From IMG/VR virus record IMGVR_UViG_3300029267_001302: DNA of 55,795 nucleotides; one strand, 5' to 3'. The position numbers were made by a program, and so were the translations under genes. The notes under the pieces are model-generated. The model had not been told where the DNA came from, ran no database searches, and saw only the letters and a list, made by a program, of their open reading frames with translations. Numbering within the stretch: position 1 is the first letter of the stretch; each line of letters begins with the position of its first letter. Shown here piece by piece: positions 51,290-55,795 of this stretch. The DNA is from a virus.

Positions 51290-52831
51290 TCACGCGGACG
51301 AAGTTTCGTTGTATGGATCTGTTGTTTGTCTTCGTTGTGCAATTTCGTTAGTAATCTCTTGTTTTTTCGCGTTTACATTTTCGACGCCTAATCGCTGCAT
51401 TGCTCCTGCCGTTGATTCAAAACCTGCGCTTGTTTCAAGCGTCAGTAATTCGACTAACTCTTTACGATTGTCCGGTAAAGGTAAAACAAATTTAATTTCG
51501 TTGTCATAATCGTCACCAATTAGTTTTACGACTTCTCGGTCGTAAGCGAATACCGGACGATCAACACGAGCCTGCAAATATCGAATTGTTTTCTCGTGTA
51601 GTTCCTCTAATCGCGGACCCCACGAAAGCCAATGTTCCTCTGTTTCTTGAATTATGTCGTGAAATAAAACGTGCAACGCTTCGCCATTAAGTCCGCCGAA
51701 ATTCAATTCCTGCGGAACGATTTGCGGTAAACTAGTTATCTCGTGAAGCGCTGCTTTAATGCGAGCATATTGATCTTTAAACGCCTCTTTCCAACGGAAG
51801 CCTGATTCAACCTTTTTAATTTCCGGCGCTCTACTGTCTGCCGCACCGCGAGCCTCAACAACCGCGCCTGGCGCAATCGCCATTTTAGCCGCCGTTCCTT
51901 CCGGTGCGTCTAGTACCGCAGTCATCGGGAACATTTCGAACTTCAACGAATCGATTGCATCTTCGTTCATTTCGTTTAAAATGTCGGTTTGCTCTTTCAT
52001 GTCGTTTACTTCGGAATAATCTACTGACTCGCCTGATAAATCATTGACTGGGAACAGTACAACCGGAATGAAATCGAGTCCCATCGATTGTTTCGGCGTG
52101 ATTTGCTCGACTAAATCTAGGTTGTAATCATAAACCGCTTCTTCGAGGAAGCACTCGCCATTTTCGAGCGAGAATGTCTGTTTTCGAATAAATTCTTCGC
52201 CTGTTTCTTCGTTGTCGATGAACGACACGAAATGAACCGCAACCAATTCCTCGTAATCATCATCGCTGTAAACCGGTACTATTTCGTAGTCGGGACGAAA
52301 CACCCATTTAATTTTTCCGGTGTTTGGATTAAATACGATTTTACAACCGACACGTCCCGCGATTAAACGATCACGCGCCGCTGCGAGCAACTTTTCTCGC
52401 ATTTTGTTTTCGCGCCAAAGCTGGTATAACAAACGCTCATACGCTTCCGCCCGTTCGTTTTCGCGACGTTGTGCTTCGCTAGGCTCATAGTCTGGTTTTG
52501 TCGCTTCTATCGGGTCGTCAATTTGTTTTGGTGTGACAGATATTCCATGCTTTCCGCCCATTTGCCAACGGGCTTTGCGTTTGATAAACGCTTTGAAGTA
52601 GTTTGTTGCGTACCGCGTCGGGTCGTAGTCGAGACCAGATGGTCGTGGTAACTCTGACGCCTTGACGAGTTGACCTGTGTCCGGGTGAACGTGTTGCTTA
52701 CCGTCGTAATAGTCATAGTTTCGTAGTTGCTGATTAATACGTTGCCACGTTGAGCGCCCTAACGCTTGTTGATACGGCGAAAACAGCAATTCGTCCATAC
52801 TCTGCGGGCTTAATAAATTGTAATCCGCCAA
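51290..52831 (-). CDS. Portal protein (SPP1 gp6-like)
   Basis: 513 aa directly after terL, with an acidic C-terminus. Confidence 0.8.
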   Translation of the reverse strand: MADYNLLSPQSMDELLFSPYQQALGRSTWQRINQQLRNYDYYDGKQHVHPDTGQLVKASELPRPSGLDYDPTRYATNYFKAFIKRKARWQMGGKHGISVTPKQIDDPIEATKPDYEPSEAQRRENERAEAYERLLYQLWRENKMREKLLAAARDRLIAGRVGCKIVFNPNTGKIKWVFRPDYEIVPVYSDDDYEELVAVHFVSFIDNEETGEEFIRKQTFSLENGECFLEEAVYDYNLDLVEQITPKQSMGLDFIPVVLFPVNDLSGESVDYSEVNDMKEQTDILNEMNEDAIDSLKFEMFPMTAVLDAPEGTAAKMAIAPGAVVEARGAADSRAPEIKKVESGFRWKEAFKDQYARIKAALHEITSLPQIVPQELNFGGLNGEALHVLFHDIIQETEEHWLSWGPRLEELHEKTIRYLQARVDRPVFAYDREVVKLIGDDYDNEIKFVLPLPDNRKELVELLTLETSAGFESTAGAMQRLGVENVNAKKQEITNEIAQRRQTTDPYNETSSA

Positions 52832-52844
52832 CTACACCACCTCC

Positions 52845-54551
52845 TTATCGCAAATTCCGTTTGTATGTTTTTACGTACACATTTCCGCTTTTGGCTGCGT
52901 CGTAGCACATCGACACAGCGTCCGGAAAATCGTCGTGCTTGTGCATCGGGTATAATTCGAATTGCTCAAGCGCCAATTTGTCAGTACGTCTAAATCGAAT
53001 ACGACCCGCTTGAATGTCCGGCAACAATGCCTCAATACGCAACGCTTTCCGCGTGCGTTGCTTAATATATTTTAAGCGCGTATGGCTCGGATAACCGTGT
53101 TTACGAAGTTCCTCTGCCAGTTTGTCTGCGATAAACTCTTGTGCCATTTGCGCCTCAACCGCTAGTCTTTCGTATTGGAATTGCAATGTCCGCTTAACAG
53201 CTTCGCGCAATAATACGTCCGGGTGACAGCGCTCCATGAACACGTCATAAACGTAACAAACGCCTGTTTCGTTATTACGCGCCATTGTGACAATAACCGA
53301 ATAGTCACCGCGCTCCTTACCCATTGCCAAGTCAATAGCGCCAAAAAACGAGATATCCTTGCCTTCGAGGTCTTTATCGTCAAAATACGTAAAATACTCG
53401 GGCTTGAAAATTTGCCGTTCCTCGTCAGTCGGCTCGTTTTGGTATTCTTGGTTGAACGCTTTTGTGCCGTTTTCTTCGAGTTTGACCATGAACTCGTAAT
53501 ACGTGAAATACTCCGGCCACAAAATCGACGCGCCCTCGATCATTTCCGCTTCGTGTTCCTCGTAGAACTTACGCGCTTTTTCCGCTGCTTCGGGGTCGTC
53601 GCTGCGGTAAATTTCGCGCCAACGTTGCCACAAGTCCTGACGTTTCGCCCACGATTTCACCGCCGAAAACTTTTTCGATTTGAAGTCGCGTCGTTCGCGA
53701 ATCACGTAATCGAGCAAGCTATCGAAACATAAAATTGTACCAAGGTAAATGCAAATACCGTCGCGACTCAACGCCGGCAACATTTCCTCGCGAAACCACG
53801 CTTTAGACTTTTCGATTAAATCACTCGTGTTCGTTGAGTCTTTCGATTCTAAATCGTCGAGAATAAATAAGTCCGGTCGCGTGTTGCCGTGGCGAAGTCC
53901 ACGCATTTGCGTGCCGAGTCCTTTCGCTTCTACTTTCGTGCCGCTTGACGTGATAAACTCGTATTTATTATCAACTTCGTTCTTGGACGGCCGCGGATCG
54001 AGTAACTCACCAAAGTCTTCGCGAAGTTTTGCGTTAAATTTTAGCTGATAACGCGTCCATGTAATGAAGTCGCCTGCTACGTCCGTTGTTTCCGAAATTT
54101 CCACAATGTATTTGCGGTGTCGATAAACGACCTGGTGCGCGAGGAAAATATTCGATAAATAAGCTGTTTTAGCGTGACCCCGCGGACAGGCCCACGCAAC
54201 GTGTTCGCGCTGTTTACCGGTTATTACGTCGTTTAGCAAGTCACAAAGCGTTTTGTGAAAGTCGGCTGCGTTTTCGTAGTTAACGCCCGACGGAATTAAA
54301 TTGCCTTCGTTTTCAGGGTTACCGTTATCGCTAAAATATTCCATCGCGAAGTACAGCACGTCACGTTCGCCGCGGTGAACACGTTCTAACTTTTCAAGCA
54401 ACGTCAAATTCGCTTCCAGCCGGTCAAGATCGTAGTCAACCGCTTTATTCGTTTCGATCAACCGGCGAATCAAGTTGTTTTCTTCGCGAATTTCGTTTAT
54501 TAGTCGTTCGCGCGCCGGTCGATCGAGCCATTTACCGTCTACAAACGCCAA
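52845..54551 (-). CDS. terL: Terminase large subunit
   Basis: 568 aa. ATPase motifs CPRGHAKT and LFILDDLE are followed by a C-terminal nuclease-like domain. The TTG start abuts the terS stop. Confidence 0.9.
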   Translation of the reverse strand: MAFVDGKWLDRPARERLINEIREENNLIRRLIETNKAVDYDLDRLEANLTLLEKLERVHRGERDVLYFAMEYFSDNGNPENEGNLIPSGVNYENAADFHKTLCDLLNDVITGKQREHVAWACPRGHAKTAYLSNIFLAHQVVYRHRKYIVEISETTDVAGDFITWTRYQLKFNAKLREDFGELLDPRPSKNEVDNKYEFITSSGTKVEAKGLGTQMRGLRHGNTRPDLFILDDLESKDSTNTSDLIEKSKAWFREEMLPALSRDGICIYLGTILCFDSLLDYVIRERRDFKSKKFSAVKSWAKRQDLWQRWREIYRSDDPEAAEKARKFYEEHEAEMIEGASILWPEYFTYYEFMVKLEENGTKAFNQEYQNEPTDEERQIFKPEYFTYFDDKDLEGKDISFFGAIDLAMGKERGDYSVIVTMARNNETGVCYVYDVFMERCHPDVLLREAVKRTLQFQYERLAVEAQMAQEFIADKLAEELRKHGYPSHTRLKYIKQRTRKALRIEALLPDIQAGRIRFRRTDKLALEQFELYPMHKHDDFPDAVSMCYDAAKSGNVYVKTYKRNLR

Positions 54552-54552
54552 A

Positions 54553-54972
54553 CTACTCGCCGTCCTTTTCGCCTAAACGCGCAAGTAACGCCGCTTTACG
54601 CTCTTCGAACGACTGGCTGTCGCGATTATCGTTAAGTGTGATTTCGGTTTTGTCGTCAAGATCGCCGACGCGCTTCAAGAACAATTCGATTCCTTTCATC
54701 GAGCCACGCGAAATACCGTCGATTAGTTTTTTGTAAACGAACGGCAAATACGTGTTGACGTACGTGCTGGCAACGTAATTTTTATAAGCGATAAAGTTTT
54801 CGTCGCCCGTTTCCCATCGATGTAGCGTCATGCGTGAGACGCCGACCTCAGCAGCGATTTCCTCTTTCGTTTTGCGCTCGTCCTTATCGGTAAAATCGTA
54901 TTCAACGAGTAAGACCGCCGCTTCCTTTTGACCGGGCTTTAGTTTCGTTTCGTCGTATTGAAAACGTTGCAT
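54553..54972 (-). CDS. terS: Terminase small subunit (HTH type)
   Basis: 139 aa. HTH segment KEEIAAEVGVSRMTLHRWETG. It lies upstream of terL, and the ATG follows AAAGGAGGAAC. Confidence 0.75.
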   Translation of the reverse strand: MQRFQYDETKLKPGQKEAAVLLVEYDFTDKDERKTKEEIAAEVGVSRMTLHRWETGDENFIAYKNYVASTYVNTYLPFVYKKLIDGISRGSMKGIELFLKRVGDLDDKTEITLNDNRDSQSFEERKAALLARLGEKDGE

Positions 54973-54991
54973 TAGCGTTCCTCCTTTCGTG

Positions 54992-55026
54992 GAATAAAAT
55001 AACGGAGGGCATCGTAGCCACTCCGC
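54992..55026 (-). terminator. Hairpin plus T-run 20-50 nt upstream of terS
   Basis: The minus strand reads CGGAGTGGC-TACGAT-GCCCTCCG followed by TTATTTTATT. Confidence 0.5.
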
Positions 55027-55119
55027 TTAGCCTTCGAGTTTTAAAATTTTGTAAGCAAGTAGGCTCCGTCAGGCTGCGAATTTCGAAAAACCGATACCCC
55101 CGGGGCTATTTCGGCGAAC

Positions 55120-55360
55120 ATGCGTTCTTTGCATAACGGTGAATTGAATATTCATCGCTAGTTTACATAAAAACCATTATGTTATATACATACGTTGCAT
55201 AAACGTTGATATAACGCCATTTCACAAAGTTATGCGAATTATCGTTTATGCACGATTTTATGCAAACGTTGATATGACGCTAGTTTGCGGCGTGTTTGCG
55301 AGTTTGTGAATCGGTTGCCGAATGCATAAATTTCGAATTCGAGATAACGCCAACCCCTCG
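55120..55360. repeat. Repeat-dense non-coding region upstream of terS (candidate pac/TerS-binding or late-promoter region)
   Basis: TGCATAAACGTTGATATAACGCC (55197-55219) and TGCAAACGTTGATATGACGC (55261-55280) are near-identical, with a partial third copy (55323-55351). There are six (T)TRTGCR boxes. GTTTGCG-GCGT-GTTTGCG-A-GTTTGTG occurs at about 55283-55310. Confidence 0.55.
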
Positions 55361-55572
55361 AGTTTTCGGCGGTCTGTCCGTCGTGAACGCATTGCCCGGT
55401 GAAATCGACCGTTCTCGTAACGGACAAACACGTGACTATTCCGATAAGTTTCATTATTATATTGGCGAATAGGCAGCGTGTTACATCGGCACGGAAAAGG
55501 CGGCCAAATGCGGCGCGCCTAACGTTTGTTTTTATCTATATACTTCTTCGAATAATCTTTCATATAATTTCT

Positions 55573-55763
55573 TCTGCGACCATACCATATATCGCATAGA
55601 CTAGTTCGCGACCATGTATTTAAACATGGGCGCAAAGTATTATTCTTTTTCACTCGTTCTTTTTCGATTGTTCTTTTTATTTTCCTGTGAACGGGATTTG
55701 ATTAATTCCCGTAGGCGGGAAACGATTAATTCCCGTCAATGGGAATTTGGTAGTTTCCGTTGA
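55573..55763. promoter_or_regulatory. Origin-like cis module, copy B (hairpin, 3 x TTCTTTTT iterons, GGGAA/TTCCC palindromes)
   Basis: TCTGCGACCAT lies at 55573. The inverted repeat is GCGACCATGT (55608-55617) with ACATGGGCGC (55624-55633). AAAGTATTA follows, then TTCTTTTT at 55643, 55657 and 55671 (14-nt period), then the three palindromes (equivalent to 41-112). It is homologous to 28897-28978. Confidence 0.6.
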
Positions 55764-55795
55764 TATAACGGCATATACATCTTTTTCGAATGACC
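55652..55795. repeat. Terminal redundancy, right copy (identical to 1..144)
   Basis: Verbatim repeat of bases 1-144. Confidence 0.95.

Noticed and set aside
55095-55110. The CCCCCGGGG palindrome as a cos site.
   Set aside because: It is a single short palindrome with no supporting evidence for cohesive ends. It is mentioned only within the pac-region finding.
55239-55454. 71-aa minus-strand ORF in the terS-upstream gap.
   Set aside because: It has no SD, and it lies across the direct repeats of the pac-like region. The sequence looks non-protein-like.

Overview
The window is a complete genome of a temperate, siphovirus-type dsDNA phage. It has 55,651 unique bp, and bases 1-144 are repeated verbatim at 55652-55795. 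Strong GGAGG Shine-Dalgarno sites, frequent TTG/GTG starts, sigmaA-like promoters, class Ib RNR, a holin_4_1-type holin and a GH25+LysM lysin suggest a Firmicutes (Bacillales-like) host; this is inference. Almost every gene is on the minus strand. Read in the direction of transcription, the layout is as follows.
- 54972->36094: packaging, head and tail genes (terS, terL, portal, scaffold, decoration protein, lambda-gpE-like capsid, connectors, major tail, G/GT chaperones, tape measure, Dit, fibre, beta-helix RBP, Tal).
- 36091->33935: lysis genes.
- 33908->31000: a plus-strand moron operon, attP with a tRNA 3' fragment, integrase and a membrane protein.
- 30782->15499: early and replication genes (DnaI/C-like loader, DnaB, primase, sigma-like factor, SSB-like protein, intron-split PolA, nucleases, RuvC).
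- 15155->1587: nucleotide metabolism and DNA modification (nrdIEF, phoH, a CmoA homologue plus C5-MTase, dut, thyX, dNMP kinase, two beta-class MTases).

Main leads:
1. A CmoA-type carboxy-SAM synthase is translationally coupled to a C5-cytosine DNA methyltransferase whose motif X is non-canonical. This predicts 5-carboxymethylcytosine in the phage DNA.
2. A 334-nt ORF-less group I intron splits the DNA polymerase gene.
3. Two copies of an iteron-plus-hairpin module lie about 26.7 kb apart, each just downstream of a paralogous winged-helix gene. They are candidate twin origins.
4. A GC-rich, roughly 250-nt structured element with no ORF lies upstream of the SSB-like gene.
5. The Dit gene is split by a fibre gene.
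6. Several repeat-dense regulatory regions are present.

No CRISPR array, rRNA or complete tRNA was seen.
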